From: a virus
Strand: one strand, 5' to 3'
IMG/VR virus record: IMGVR_UViG_3300049979_000188
Length of the DNA: 64,000 nt
The position numbers were made by a program, and so were the translations under genes. Of the stretch, positions 10,199 through 21,200 are shown piece after piece; position 1 is the stretch's first letter; the number at the start of each line of letters is the position of its first letter. The notes under the pieces are model-generated. The model made no database searches. It worked only from the letters and a program-made list of their open reading frames with translations, and was not told the origin of the DNA.

Positions 10199-11866
10199 AT
10201 GGTTCCCCCTAAATTACCAGCTGGCTACGCCGAGTGCGTGGACGTTCTACGCTACGCGCTGAGCAATCACGTAACCGTTGAGCAGGCTTGTCAGGCGCTC
10301 GCCTACGAGCTGGCCCTTGTGAACCGAACGATACGCGCGATGCGCGAGTACTACCTGGAAGGCTTTATTGACCAGCCAACCTACGAGGCTTTTACGGCCC
10401 TACGTGACGAGGCCACTGGTACCGAGCCCTTGACTGCGCCTCCCAAAAGCAAGGGCCGTAGCCGCCGGGCCGCTTACGAAAAAGAAGCGCAGGTAGAGGC
10501 TGAAATCGAGGAAGAGCGCGTGCATACCGAGGAGCAGCGCGGCGGGGACGGTCGCATTCTGACTTACTATTTCAGCATTAAAAAGCGAGACCACTCCCCG
10601 CTGAACGGGCTTTTCTCTCGCTCTGAAATGGAGAGTATCTACGCCCAGTATCCGCACGTAACGGTCAACCAGCTTACCCAAAGTTTCCCCGCCTACAACA
10701 GCGGCGAGATGCGGCGCATTCTGCGGGCCTTTGGCATTACCAAGGACCAGCGCTTCCCCCCGCACATCGTGGAAGAAAGCACTCCGGATGAGGCGGCTGA
10801 GTTTGCGCTCAATGCCAAGGAACGGGTGGCCTATAAAAAGCTTGACCTCAACCGGGCCGGCCACGTAGAAAAAGAGCTCCGTAAAGCCCAGGATGAGCTC
10901 TGGAGTCTGCAGGAAGAGCAGAATGTAGTCAATCGCCTCACTACGGCCATCCTCGACCGCTACATCGACGAGGGCCGGTTGACGGCGGCCCCGCCAGTAC
11001 CGGCGTACCGCCCGCGCTTTGGGGAGCAGCGTCCAGTGGGAGAGCCTGCCCTGGCTTTTTACGGCGACTGCCACTTCGGTAAACTCTTCGAAACTGAAGA
11101 GCTGATGGGCCGTGGTCGTGGCACGACCCGCGCTATTTTGACTCAGCGTCTGCAGGCCATGGCCCAGGAAGTGGTGGTTACCATGCACCGGCTCAAAACG
11201 CCCGAGCTGCATCTCTTCAACCTGGGTGACGTCTTCGAGTCCTTGCTCCCGCAGGGCATGCACGATAACCACGCCATGGAAATGGAGCTCAAGGCCGAGG
11301 AGCAGCTACGCGCCGCCATCGAGGCCCACCAGCTCATGTTCCAGTACATTCACGACCACGTGAACTTGCCCAAGGGCCAGCAGCTGCGCATCGTGCTTCA
11401 CGGCTTAGGCGGTAACCACGACCGCTTGGGTAAGTCGCGTGACGAGGACAAGCGGCGCACGGGGGCCATGATTTTCTACAACATGCTGGAGCTGGTGCTC
11501 AACTACTCCTTGCCCGGCGTGGTGCAGGTAAAGAGTTACCCCACCGGGGTGTTTAGCGTCGTAGCTGGCTCCACCAACGTCATAGCCTTTCACGGGGATT
11601 CAAGTCTGGGTAAAACCCGTAGCACGGATATTCTCAACCGCTTCCGCTCGGGTGATTCGAGCCTGTATACCGTCATTGCCAATGGGCACTGGCACGCCAC
11701 GGTAGTCGACGAAGGTCACAACTACACCCGCATGACAGTGGGCCCGGTTTGCTCGGCCGATGACTACGTGCAAAATAACCTGGCCAAAGGCAGCCAGCCC
11801 TCGGTCATGTTTGCCGAGGCAGCCCCGGGTTACGGCATCGACCTGCATAAGAAAACACTCTACTAG
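10199..11866 (+). CDS. Calcineurin-like metallophosphoesterase with long N-terminal domain
   Basis: GDCHFG, NLGDVFE, GNHD, FHGD, GHWH motifs. Start moved to ATG 10199 because the ORF-track start overlaps the promoter. Confidence 0.85.
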   Translation: MVPPKLPAGYAECVDVLRYALSNHVTVEQACQALAYELALVNRTIRAMREYYLEGFIDQPTYEAFTALRDEATGTEPLTAPPKSKGRSRRAAYEKEAQVEAEIEEERVHTEEQRGGDGRILTYYFSIKKRDHSPLNGLFSRSEMESIYAQYPHVTVNQLTQSFPAYNSGEMRRILRAFGITKDQRFPPHIVEESTPDEAAEFALNAKERVAYKKLDLNRAGHVEKELRKAQDELWSLQEEQNVVNRLTTAILDRYIDEGRLTAAPPVPAYRPRFGEQRPVGEPALAFYGDCHFGKLFETEELMGRGRGTTRAILTQRLQAMAQEVVVTMHRLKTPELHLFNLGDVFESLLPQGMHDNHAMEMELKAEEQLRAAIEAHQLMFQYIHDHVNLPKGQQLRIVLHGLGGNHDRLGKSRDEDKRRTGAMIFYNMLELVLNYSLPGVVQVKSYPTGVFSVVAGSTNVIAFHGDSSLGKTRSTDILNRFRSGDSSLYTVIANGHWHATVVDEGHNYTRMTVGPVCSADDYVQNNLAKGSQPSVMFAEAAPGYGIDLHKKTLY

Positions 11867-11869
11867 CCC

Positions 11870-12310
11870 GTGGAAACACTTTGTGAGCTTCCCGCGCTAG
11901 GAGCAGAACCGCCCTCAACTTGGCTCGAAGCCGCTCCCCTTTACGAGCAACATGTAGCGAGTAAACTACTCCTGTTCTTCGATGGGCCGGCACTGCTGCT
12001 GGCTAAGTGGCGGCCGTATTTCCGGTACCAATTGTCTGAAACGGGCACCCATACCGTGGAGCAACTCTTGGTAATAGAAGCCTATGTTAGCTGGCTGCAC
12101 GCTAACTCCCTCCAGGAAGGGTTACCTGAAGAGTTCGTTTTTTTACTCTTTGCCCAAATTCTAGCCGACCCCAGTATCGAGCCGCTAGTTGTACGCAATG
12201 CCATTGCCCAGTACCCGGCCTACTACGCGCAGCATCGGGGCGAATATGCGGACGAAGAGGCCAGTTATGAAATCAAGAATCGTTTTTTTACGGAAGTGAT
12301 TTATGTCTAA
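11870..12310 (+). CDS. Hypothetical protein (146 aa)
   Basis: GTG ORF coupled to its neighbours. Confidence 0.65.
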   Translation: METLCELPALGAEPPSTWLEAAPLYEQHVASKLLLFFDGPALLLAKWRPYFRYQLSETGTHTVEQLLVIEAYVSWLHANSLQEGLPEEFVFLLFAQILADPSIEPLVVRNAIAQYPAYYAQHRGEYADEEASYEIKNRFFTEVIYV

Positions 12311-12845
12311 CACCCTCGATTGTACTGCGGCTTCCACTGTGGAGGACTTTCCCTACGGTTACGAGCGTGCCTACTACCACGGCTTAGTGCACATCCCGAG
12401 TGCTGGGCGCATTAAAGCATGGGATGAATTCCTTGACGGTGAATTTCGCCTGGCCCTAACGCGTACAGCTGACCCGTCGGTAGAGTCAGTGGCCCGTAAA
12501 ATGGCGGGTGACTTGCTGCGTAATCGTGGGTGGGTAGACGAGGTGAAGCGCTTTGCTGAGAGTGACGGCGCACTGTTGGAATGGGCACTTGGCGAACCAA
12601 AAAACCCCCTCCTCAATGCGCACATCCAGTTTCTACGAACTTTGCTGCGGCGTGCTCAAAGGTGCTTAACGGTGGAGAATGCGGTGAGCTTTCTACGTGA
12701 TTTTATGCGGGAGCTCGTTCGCGTAGAACCCGTTATTGCCGTGATGGGCGTCTATACTAGTATGGATTCTGCGTTGCGAGAGTGGTTTGCCCACCACTAC
12801 ATGAGTCAATGGTCGCAGAAAACGACTAACCAAGCTGGCGAGTAA
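12303..12845 (+). CDS. Hypothetical protein (180 aa)
   Basis: ATG overlaps the previous stop. Confidence 0.7.
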   Translation: MSNTLDCTAASTVEDFPYGYERAYYHGLVHIPSAGRIKAWDEFLDGEFRLALTRTADPSVESVARKMAGDLLRNRGWVDEVKRFAESDGALLEWALGEPKNPLLNAHIQFLRTLLRRAQRCLTVENAVSFLRDFMRELVRVEPVIAVMGVYTSMDSALREWFAHHYMSQWSQKTTNQAGE

Positions 12846-12867
12846 GTATTTTCGGTAGAGTTTGACC

Positions 12868-13080
12868 ATGCAAGTTTGCCTACAATTACTCACAGCGGGC
12901 GTAATTCTGCTTCATTTTTACAGCACTTTACGCGCCTTCTGGCTATTGGGTAAGGCATTGTGGCGCTTACTGAGTCTTGACTTAGAAACGACCCCTGCCC
13001 TTATCATTGACGCCTCCCTCTGGATAGGGGTGTGCGTGCTTTGCGTGTTGAATGAGTATTTTTTAGTTGACAATAAGTAA
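12868..13080 (+). CDS. Small membrane protein
   Basis: Hydrophobic segments; ATG 3 nt after a TAGAGTTTG element. Confidence 0.6.
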   Translation: MQVCLQLLTAGVILLHFYSTLRAFWLLGKALWRLLSLDLETTPALIIDASLWIGVCVLCVLNEYFLVDNK

Positions 13081-13089
13081 GATAAACCT

Positions 13090-13554
13090 ATGCTGCAGTG
13101 CCCAACCCAGGCTCAGGTCGAGCAGTGGGAAAAACTCGTCGACACGACTTTCCCCGACCAACTAGTAGACGAGCTCTGCCAGGCCGAAGTAGCCCAGGCT
13201 CAGTGGGCCGCCGTGTTAGAACACCTCGGGGCCGCCGCTGACCCAGGACCCCACACGGCCGTGCTGCTCTCGGCCCTGGCTGCCTGGCTGGTGAGTGTGT
13301 GGCCCTTGGTGGATGAACTCTTGCCGGGTCAGCTGGACATGCTTTTTCCGGTGCTGATTGCCGCGCGTCACCAGCTTACGCTGCGTACGGGTCAGGCCGT
13401 TATCAGTGGCTACCCAGCCTTTGTGCGGGCCCAGTGGGGTCAACTCGCCATCGGAGCCGAAGACGCACCGGAAGTAGTCAACCTAAAGCTGGGCATGGGC
13501 TATACCAACCACGTAGCGGAGGCCTGCGCCTGCGAAGCCTACCGGGCCTACTAG
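13090..13554 (+). CDS. Hypothetical protein (154 aa)
   Basis: ATG ORF in operon context. Confidence 0.7.
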   Translation: MLQCPTQAQVEQWEKLVDTTFPDQLVDELCQAEVAQAQWAAVLEHLGAAADPGPHTAVLLSALAAWLVSVWPLVDELLPGQLDMLFPVLIAARHQLTLRTGQAVISGYPAFVRAQWGQLAIGAEDAPEVVNLKLGMGYTNHVAEACACEAYRAY

Positions 13555-13591
13555 GTAACCCCAAGGCTACGTATTACGTAGCTTGTCTTGT

Positions 13592-14083
13592 ATGACTTAC
13601 TGGACTATTCAAGGTATGGAGGCCTGGGAGCAGGCCCAAGCAGTGGGTTATTTGGCCGGCAACAAGGAGTATATCTGTCACCCAAGTTGGTCGCAGCCCT
13701 ACGAGTGGCTCATGGGGCAGATGCGTCAGCGCTTAGGCATGGCCCAGCCGCATTACCCGGTTTGGATGTGGTGTACGCGGCCGGACTTGCGCCAGCGCTG
13801 CCACGTAAGTAAGGGGGAGCATGCCGTACTGCTGCGGGTGGAACTCGATGCCCAGCACGTACTGCTCTCTGATTTCGGGGCCTGGCATTACGTGCTCAAC
13901 GATTGGGTGCTGGAAGCCTACGAGGGGGAAGTCATCGAAAAAGAAAAAAGCTGGGAGCGGATTTTTGATTTCGACTTTTTACGTGCCTACCCCGATTGGT
14001 TTTCCGAGCCCGAGCCCCAGGCCACAACGGGTGCTATCCCCTTGCGAAACCTGAAGCTGGTACGTGAGTTTGTGGGACGGTAA
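13592..14083 (+). CDS. DUF3841-like protein
   Basis: WTIQ...YEWLMGQM...YPVWMW...PDLR...VLLSDFGAWHYVLN pattern. Confidence 0.7.
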   Translation: MTYWTIQGMEAWEQAQAVGYLAGNKEYICHPSWSQPYEWLMGQMRQRLGMAQPHYPVWMWCTRPDLRQRCHVSKGEHAVLLRVELDAQHVLLSDFGAWHYVLNDWVLEAYEGEVIEKEKSWERIFDFDFLRAYPDWFSEPEPQATTGAIPLRNLKLVREFVGR

Positions 14084-14132
14084 CGCGCGAAGGGAGATTT
14101 CCGTATAAAAACAAACTTTACGAGAATTCTCC

Positions 14133-14654
14133 ATGTACCCCACTTACCTCAGCGACAGCTTAGCACGCCTGGCCCGGAACAAGGGCTTTGATTGGGCCTG
14201 CGACCACTTCTACTACGACGATGCGTACGGTGCGTTGCAGTCTTTGACAGGCCATAGTCAGTTCAAAACGCATGCTGCATACAACTATGTAACGCGTTTG
14301 AAAAATTCGGACCTCGTTGCCGATATGACTGGACTACGTCATTTTACGGACATCGAGAGCATGACCACGACACCAGACGATTTGCAAAAATGGCTGCGTC
14401 AGGAACGTGATGTGCACTTTGTCGTAGTACGTCGCCATCCCGCGCGTATCTTGCAAATGGCACCTTTGGCTTATTATGTGCACGCTGGCGTAGGGTTTCC
14501 GGAAGATATGCACGTGCTTTCGGGGCAAGCAGTGGAAGGGTATTCCACTTACGAAAAAGCCCAGGAAGTAGCCTTGACCTTGCTGCTGCTTACGTTGCCC
14601 GATGTTAACTTTGAAACCACCAACACGCTTGTTACTGCCACCCATGGTCACTAA
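14133..14654 (+). CDS. Hypothetical protein resembling a family common in Bacteroidota phages
   Basis: ARLARNKGFD...LQKWLRQE...YSTYEKA pattern; family recalled, not searched. Confidence 0.55.
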   Translation: MYPTYLSDSLARLARNKGFDWACDHFYYDDAYGALQSLTGHSQFKTHAAYNYVTRLKNSDLVADMTGLRHFTDIESMTTTPDDLQKWLRQERDVHFVVVRRHPARILQMAPLAYYVHAGVGFPEDMHVLSGQAVEGYSTYEKAQEVALTLLLLTLPDVNFETTNTLVTATHGH

Positions 14655-16158
14655 AATACAGGTATTCTTAGCTTCGGGGCGTCTCGGCTCGGGCAAGAAT
14701 TTCATCACCGAAAATATTCTGCTGCCAATGCTGCCGCCGCAGCCGACGCTTTTCCTGGCCTTTGCCAACCATTTCAAAATAGAGGCTATCGTCAAGGACC
14801 ACCTCGAACGCGACAAGGTCTTCGGTGAAAAGGATGCGCCCACCCGCCGGGCCCTGCAGCTGCGCGGCACCGAGGAAGGGCGTGATGTCTACGGGGAGGA
14901 CATCTGGTTGGACTTGGGCCTGGAGTGGCTCTACATGTACCTGGGCCAGGGTTATACGCGCTTTATCTTCACGGATGCGCGCTTCCCCAACGAAGTGGAA
15001 AAAGTAATGGCCCTCGATGGCACGCAGCTCACGGTACAGGGTAAAACCTACCAGTTCGAGTGCGTCAGCATTCGGGCCCTGGCACCTTTGCGCTCGCAGC
15101 GCCGTGCGCAGCAGGAAGCGGCCAAGAACAATATCCCAGTGGAAGCCATCACGGGGCATTTGTCGGAAACGGCACTTGATGGGTACACGCGCTTCACCTA
15201 CCAGGTGTGCAATGATTTGACGGACGACGTGTTTCCCGTCATCAAAGGCATTGCCCGCGAGCTCACCCAGCGCTTTGCGCCCGACGTCTGCTACGTGGTA
15301 GACGTGGACGACACGCTGCTGCACTGCGGGCAGTACTACGAAGATGCTATCACCCAGACTCGTACGCTTATCGAAGGTTTTGCGCGCACCTACGAGCAGG
15401 TTTTCGGTAAGCAGCCCGGTAGTATCGTAGGGATGGCCCTGGCCGGCTTCCACGTTTTTCAGCGCGGGATATATGCGCGTCAGCACAAAGGCGTGTTTCG
15501 TCGCGAAACGTTTGCTGAAGATTTGCGTGAAGCCTACCTGAACACCCTCAAAGCCTACGATTTGCTCCCGCTGGCCACTCATACTTTTGCTCATGATGAG
15601 CTAGGTGAAAACGTCTATGAGCTGGGTATGGGCGTTTTTGACCAGGTATATCCTGCCATCGACGGTGCGTTGGATGCCTTGGTCCAGTTGCAAAACTTGG
15701 GGGCCGTTGTGCTCAATACGCATGGTGACCGCATTGAGCAGATGAGCAAGATTGCCCGCGCGGGTTTGAGTCGCTTGCCGGTGCATATTTCCCCGGACAA
15801 GGGTGCCCACACGTTGCGTGAGCTGATGGCCTTGTACCCCGCGCACAGTTACGTCGCGTTCGGTGACAACTACAAACGCGATGCCGAGGCCGCCCTGGCC
15901 AATGACTTTGCGCGTATCTACTGGATTGATTTGGGCCGTAAAGTCCAGCCTACTGGCCCGGCTAAAGGTATTACCCGGGTAGCTTCCTTTCAGGAGGCAG
16001 TGAAACAGGAGTTGAGTAAGCGAGTGGTAACGGTAATAAACGAAGCCAGCGCGCAAATCGCTTCCACCACTCACCAGGATGTTGACAAGTGGGTAATTCA
16101 CCCCTATATCGACTTGGGCGCACCTTATTCAACTCCTACTCCGCCCGATGGGGACTAA
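14644..16158 (+). CDS. Fusion of dNMP-kinase-like P-loop kinase and HAD hydrolase
   Basis: SGRLGSGKN, RRALQLRGTEEGR, FTDARFPNE (kinase); VVDVDDTL, NTHGD, FGDNYKRD (HAD). Confidence 0.8.
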   Translation: MVTKIQVFLASGRLGSGKNFITENILLPMLPPQPTLFLAFANHFKIEAIVKDHLERDKVFGEKDAPTRRALQLRGTEEGRDVYGEDIWLDLGLEWLYMYLGQGYTRFIFTDARFPNEVEKVMALDGTQLTVQGKTYQFECVSIRALAPLRSQRRAQQEAAKNNIPVEAITGHLSETALDGYTRFTYQVCNDLTDDVFPVIKGIARELTQRFAPDVCYVVDVDDTLLHCGQYYEDAITQTRTLIEGFARTYEQVFGKQPGSIVGMALAGFHVFQRGIYARQHKGVFRRETFAEDLREAYLNTLKAYDLLPLATHTFAHDELGENVYELGMGVFDQVYPAIDGALDALVQLQNLGAVVLNTHGDRIEQMSKIARAGLSRLPVHISPDKGAHTLRELMALYPAHSYVAFGDNYKRDAEAALANDFARIYWIDLGRKVQPTGPAKGITRVASFQEAVKQELSKRVVTVINEASAQIASTTHQDVDKWVIHPYIDLGAPYSTPTPPDGD

Positions 16159-16342
16159 CCTAACTGAGTGGAGTGTCGAAGGGACCAAACCTACGATTAC
16201 CTACGAAGAAGCACTCGCTAATTTGCAGGCTTCCTTACCGGCTACGCTGGTTGCCAGTGATTATCTCAAGCCAGACGGGCTCCATGTAGAGCCATTGTTT
16301 CTCGCTTTACTTCAACATCACCTAGATGACGGAGCAAACTAA
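16148..16342 (+). CDS. Hypothetical protein (64 aa)
   Basis: Overlaps both neighbours, suggesting translational coupling. Confidence 0.55.
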   Translation: MGTNLTEWSVEGTKPTITYEEALANLQASLPATLVASDYLKPDGLHVEPLFLALLQHHLDDGAN

Positions 16343-18140
16343 CCAAAATCTACCGGTCGCCGTCACTACGACGGCGACCGTTTTGCGCTATAAGCGCAGC
16401 TACAAAGTCATGTTCGGTAAGAATGCGCACTTAAGCGAAAGCTTCAAGGCGCTCGACAACCGTCAGTTCAACAAGGACGACGAGCTCTGGGGCTGGGTGG
16501 TCAATAAAGAGGGTCTCTACGACGTGATGATGGAGTGGAAGCACCGGGGCGGGGTGCAGTGGGAGTTTAAGCCGGCTGAGCTCCAGGAGCAGTTTCGCCA
16601 GGAAGCGCTGGCCATCCGTGACCTCAAACGCCAGCAGCAGGTGCTGCGCCAGGCCATCACCGACCGCAACGCGGCCGCTGAGCTCTACAAGCAGCAGTTG
16701 CGTGAAGACCGGGATTTTAAATTGGGTTTCTACGACCAGGTTACGCGGCCCGACACCAAGATTTCCTTTTACTACCACCAGCACATTGCCACGGCCTGGC
16801 TTATTCAGCGGGCCGGGGGTATTCTGGCGGCCGAGATGGGCCTGGGTAAGACGTTCGTCTTCTGCCTGGCGTCGCTCATGCTGAGTAAACCCGGCGAAAA
16901 GATACTCATCATTGCCCCCAAGTCCCTTGTGCTCGGTATTATCGCTGATTTGGAGCGTTTACTGCCCCAGTCCTGGTACTTTCTGGGTTACGGCCGTAAG
17001 CAGGCCACGGAGCCGGCGCAGGCGACCTTTTTCTTCGCTTCCTACACGTATTTTAGCCGGGCCAGTTTTGATATTGAAAAATACCTGACCGCCTACGGAA
17101 TTGACAAGCCCGCGGTGGTCGCTATGGACGAGTCACACATGGTTAAAAACCATAGCTCGCTAACCTTTAAGAACATCAACGCGGCCTTCGGCGGGCGGGG
17201 CATACCCATGATATGTTCCTCGGGCACGCCCATCAAGTCTTCTTCGCGGGAAATCTGGACCCAGCTGCACCTGATTGACCCCGTTAGCTTCCCCTCCCGT
17301 TCCAGTTTTGAGAAGGAGTATTGCGGCGCCTTTATGGACCCGCGCTGGAAGCGTATTGTGTACGACCCCACCCTGGAGCGTCGCCAGGAGCTTAATGCCT
17401 TGCTGCAGCCCTACATGTTCCGCGTGCGCAAGGACGACGTCATCAACCTGCCACCTAAAATTTACCGCAAGCTCGTCATCCCGCTCACTCCGGCCGAGCG
17501 CAAAAATTACGAGAGCTTTCGCGACCAGATTCGCGAGGAGCTACTGGCTGAGGGCTCCGAGGCCATTGCCATGACGGTGCTCGGTAAGATGCGCCAGTAC
17601 TGCGCCCAGCAAAAAATAGCCTACGTGCAGGAGCTGGTTGCCCGCCACGTGGAGGAAGGGGAAAAAGTAGTGCTGGTTGACCAGTTCAAGCAAACTATCT
17701 ACGACTTGCAGCGTCACTACGGCCCGCGCGCCGTCGTGCATACCGGTGACCAGGACATTGACGAGCGCCGGGCCGCCGTCAACCTGTTTCAGCAGCACCC
17801 GCGCGCGGGGGACCCAGCCGGAGTCGACGTATTTCTGGGCACGACCGACACGTGCAAATACGGGCTTACCCTCACGGCTGCCTGTATCCTCTACCTGATA
17901 AGCCTGCCCTGGACGCCGGCCGAATGCGACCAGGTCTATGACCGACTCCACCGCATTAGCCAGACCCGTACGGTGCTTATTTTCATTCCTGTACTCGAAG
18001 GTACCGTCGACGAGTATATCTACGATACGGTGGAAGTAAAACGCGCGACCCTGCTGGAAATAATCGACAACCAGGGCTATGCCGGTAACATGAAAACCAG
18101 TATTTTCCAAGACGTCATGGCCTATCTGCTGCGTAAGTGA
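16326..18140 (+). CDS. SNF2/SWI2-family helicase with possible N-terminal HARP-like domain
   Basis: AEMGLGKT, MDESH, SGTPI, GLTLTAA, QVYDRLHRISQ. Confidence 0.9.
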   Translation: MTEQTNQNLPVAVTTTATVLRYKRSYKVMFGKNAHLSESFKALDNRQFNKDDELWGWVVNKEGLYDVMMEWKHRGGVQWEFKPAELQEQFRQEALAIRDLKRQQQVLRQAITDRNAAAELYKQQLREDRDFKLGFYDQVTRPDTKISFYYHQHIATAWLIQRAGGILAAEMGLGKTFVFCLASLMLSKPGEKILIIAPKSLVLGIIADLERLLPQSWYFLGYGRKQATEPAQATFFFASYTYFSRASFDIEKYLTAYGIDKPAVVAMDESHMVKNHSSLTFKNINAAFGGRGIPMICSSGTPIKSSSREIWTQLHLIDPVSFPSRSSFEKEYCGAFMDPRWKRIVYDPTLERRQELNALLQPYMFRVRKDDVINLPPKIYRKLVIPLTPAERKNYESFRDQIREELLAEGSEAIAMTVLGKMRQYCAQQKIAYVQELVARHVEEGEKVVLVDQFKQTIYDLQRHYGPRAVVHTGDQDIDERRAAVNLFQQHPRAGDPAGVDVFLGTTDTCKYGLTLTAACILYLISLPWTPAECDQVYDRLHRISQTRTVLIFIPVLEGTVDEYIYDTVEVKRATLLEIIDNQGYAGNMKTSIFQDVMAYLLRK

Positions 18141-18174
18141 GGGAAGGGATAGTAACGAAGTGACAATTTTTTCG

Positions 18175-18212
18175 TAAACTTGTACCCTGGCTCATCTATG
18201 TGGGCCAGGGTA
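18175..18212 (+). promoter_or_regulatory. Promoter-like TAAACTTG abutting a 12-bp leader hairpin
   Basis: taccctggctca/tgggccagggta (one G-U) starts 1 nt after the motif and ends 7 nt before the polB ATG. Confidence 0.6.
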
Positions 18213-18219
18213 TTCTTTT

Positions 18220-21200
18220 ATGGCAGCAACAACTCAGTTGGTAGCATCTGCGCAGGACCAGGACCTGGTGCACACTACCCCCCCTGTTAAGGAAGCGAAG
18301 ACCCCGGCGCCGATTGACCCCGAAATACAGGCATTCCTGGAGGGGCACAACCCGCTTCAGTACGTGGCCAACGTCGAGGTGCCCTATAATCAGAGTGTGG
18401 GGGAGTTATTTGTGCACGAGCCTGGCAAAGCGCCCCGTATTGAGAAAGTGCGCTACCGGCCCTTTGTCTACATTCGTGACCTTAAAAAGGCGGGTCGCCC
18501 GTTCTACCAAAACGACCCAAAGCGTCGCAGTGATGCGATGGCCAAGCACCGCATTACAATTAAAAAAGTTCGGGTTACCGACGCCAATGGCGCCGTCAAC
18601 GAGCGCCTGGCTAACGGGTATTGCTACCAGGTCTTCTCGGATTCGGGGAACGGGCAGCAGGGCCTAATGAATTTCTTTCGTGAGGGCGGTATTAGCGTGT
18701 GGGATACCAAGCCCCGTACCGCGCGCTTTGAGTTGACTCCCCCCACGGCCGCGCCCACCGAGGACGAGCTCTACACGGGCCTGGCCGGCCAGGATGGCTG
18801 CGAGCTCCTGTTTAACCACGTAACGATGCGCTACGAAGTGCACGTGGAAGCCAAGTTTGTCAACACGCGCTCCCAGCACGACGAGCAAGGCGACGAGGAG
18901 TTCTTTATTCGCCTCAAGGCTGAGGGCAAGGATACGCTCAAGCTGGAACAGGATTTCGACTTTTACTACGACGAGGCCAACGAAAAATACGTCCTGAGCC
19001 TGCTGCCTGAAGCTGAGAAGCCGCGCAAGATTCGCAAACGCAAGGACGGGACCGAGTACGAAGTGCCGACCGTGGCCGAGGAGATTGAGCGACTCAGCGC
19101 CGAGCTGGTTGATGTGACGCGCATTGACCACCCCCTGGTCGTGGCCCGTATGCCGGAAGTCTTTACTCACCCGGAAGGCCCCGTTGCCTGGTGCGAGGAG
19201 TGCGTGGCGCAACTGCGGGCCGAAGGCTTGTGGAGCAAGGTGCAGGACCGCGAGCGGGCTAGCTACGTTAAGGAGCGCAAGCGGCTTACTACGCAAAATA
19301 ACCGGGTCAATAAAAAGCTGCAAACTAATCTGGACAAGCAGAAGGCGGCCCCTTCGCGCAAAGCCAATACGCGCGACCCGCGCTACACCATCAACAAGCT
19401 GGTGGTTGAATACAGCGTTGGCTTTAGTGACTTTTTTTACACCATTAAGCCCGTTGAGCAGCTGCTCATCCAGCACGGCATTCGCCTTTTTAAAGGCTAC
19501 GACCAGTACAAAGACGTTCCCAAGCTCGATTTTGACTTGGAGACCACCGGCTTGTTTCCACAAACCAGCCGCGTATTCTTAATCGGGGCCCGGACCAACA
19601 TGGGCTGGCAAAAGGTTTTTCGCCCCACCAAGCTCGATGACGACCGCGCCGAGGCGGATATGATTCTTGATTTCCTGGCCTACCTGGGCCAGCATCCCCC
19701 GGCGGTTTTCAAGGGTTTCAACTCCGAAAACTTCGATTTCGACTTCCTGCAGGTACGCTGTGAGCTGCTGGGTATCCCCTTTGAAATTCCGGGTTTGTGG
19801 GGTAAGAACGAACAGATTCAGCGCAAGCCCGGTGCCACGCTCAAGCTTGGCGGCGAGGCCGAAGTGTACACGCAAACTATTATCCGCGGTGTCAACGTCA
19901 TCGACATCATGCACGCGGCCCGGCGCGTGAAGGCCGTTACCTCCGACATGGAGCGCTACTCGCTTAAGTACGTGTGCCAGTATGAGAAGATAGCCAAGCC
20001 CAACCGCGTGTACGTGGCCGGTGACCGCATCTATAAACTCTGGGAAGAAAACGCCCTCTACTACGCCAACCGCGAAACCAACGAATACGAGCTCGTCCAA
20101 GGCGAAGCCGCCGGCCTGCTCTACGCCCAGCAGGTAGCCGCGGGCTTTCCGGGGGGCTATGAGGAAGGGGAAAACCCGGTGGACAGCATGGTGAAGGTAC
20201 CCCTCGACTTGGCCCCCTACGGGGAGCTGACTTACCTTACGACGGGACGCGCGCTGGTCTACCAGTATTTGCTCGACGACTTGTGGGAGACCGACCGGGT
20301 GGACGACGCCTACAACGAGGACCGTTTTCAGATGGCCAAGTGGATGCCCACCGGGTTTGCGCGTACGTGCACGATGGGCGGGTCCACGGCCTGGAACCTG
20401 ATGATGACGGCTTGGAGCTACGAAAACGGCCTGGCCGTACCCTACCGCCAGAAGAAATACAAGTTCACCGGTGGCCTCTCGCGTACCTTTCGCCTGGGTA
20501 AATTCGGTCAGGTAAAGAAAGTCGACTTTTCGGGTCTGTATCCTTCGCTTAAGCTCCAGTACGACGTGTTCCCCATGCACGACGTACTCGGCGTGCAGCG
20601 TCGCCTGCTGCATTTCTTTACCCTTACCCGGGGCATTTACAAAAAGATTGCCGGCGACGAGTCCCTGCCCGAGCTGGAGCGTAACCTGGCCAAAGCCCGC
20701 TCGGGGCCGCTCAAGATTAACAACAACTCGGAATTTGGCTCCGGAGGGTCCTTCTTCTACTACTGGAACTTTATGGAAGGGGCCTGGGAAACCACTTGCC
20801 GGGGCCGGCAGTTTTTGCGGGGGATGGTGGCCTACTTCATGCGCTACGGCTGCGTGCCCACCGTACTCGATACGGACGGGGTAAACTTTGAAGTCCCAGA
20901 GTTACTTAGCGTCGACTTGGATGGCCAGCCCGTTCAGACGCCCTACCCGCTCACGCAAGTGCGCTACGTAGACCTGAAAGGGCGCGAGCACGCAGACTTT
21001 GCCGCCTTGGTGGAGAAGTACAACGACGACATTCTGGGTCAGCGTCCCTACATGAAGCTCGACCTGGAAGCTGACTGGCCTTCGGCCATCAACATCTCGC
21101 GTAAAAACTACGCCAACCTCGAAGCACAGAAAGACCCGAAAAAGCCCCCGAAAATCAAGTTTGTCGGCAACTCCATCAAGGATAACAACATGCCGGCCTA

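Noticed and set aside
18706-19430. Intein in DNA polymerase
   Set aside because: No Cys/Ser N-terminal block, no His-Asn terminus and no LAGLIDADG motif.
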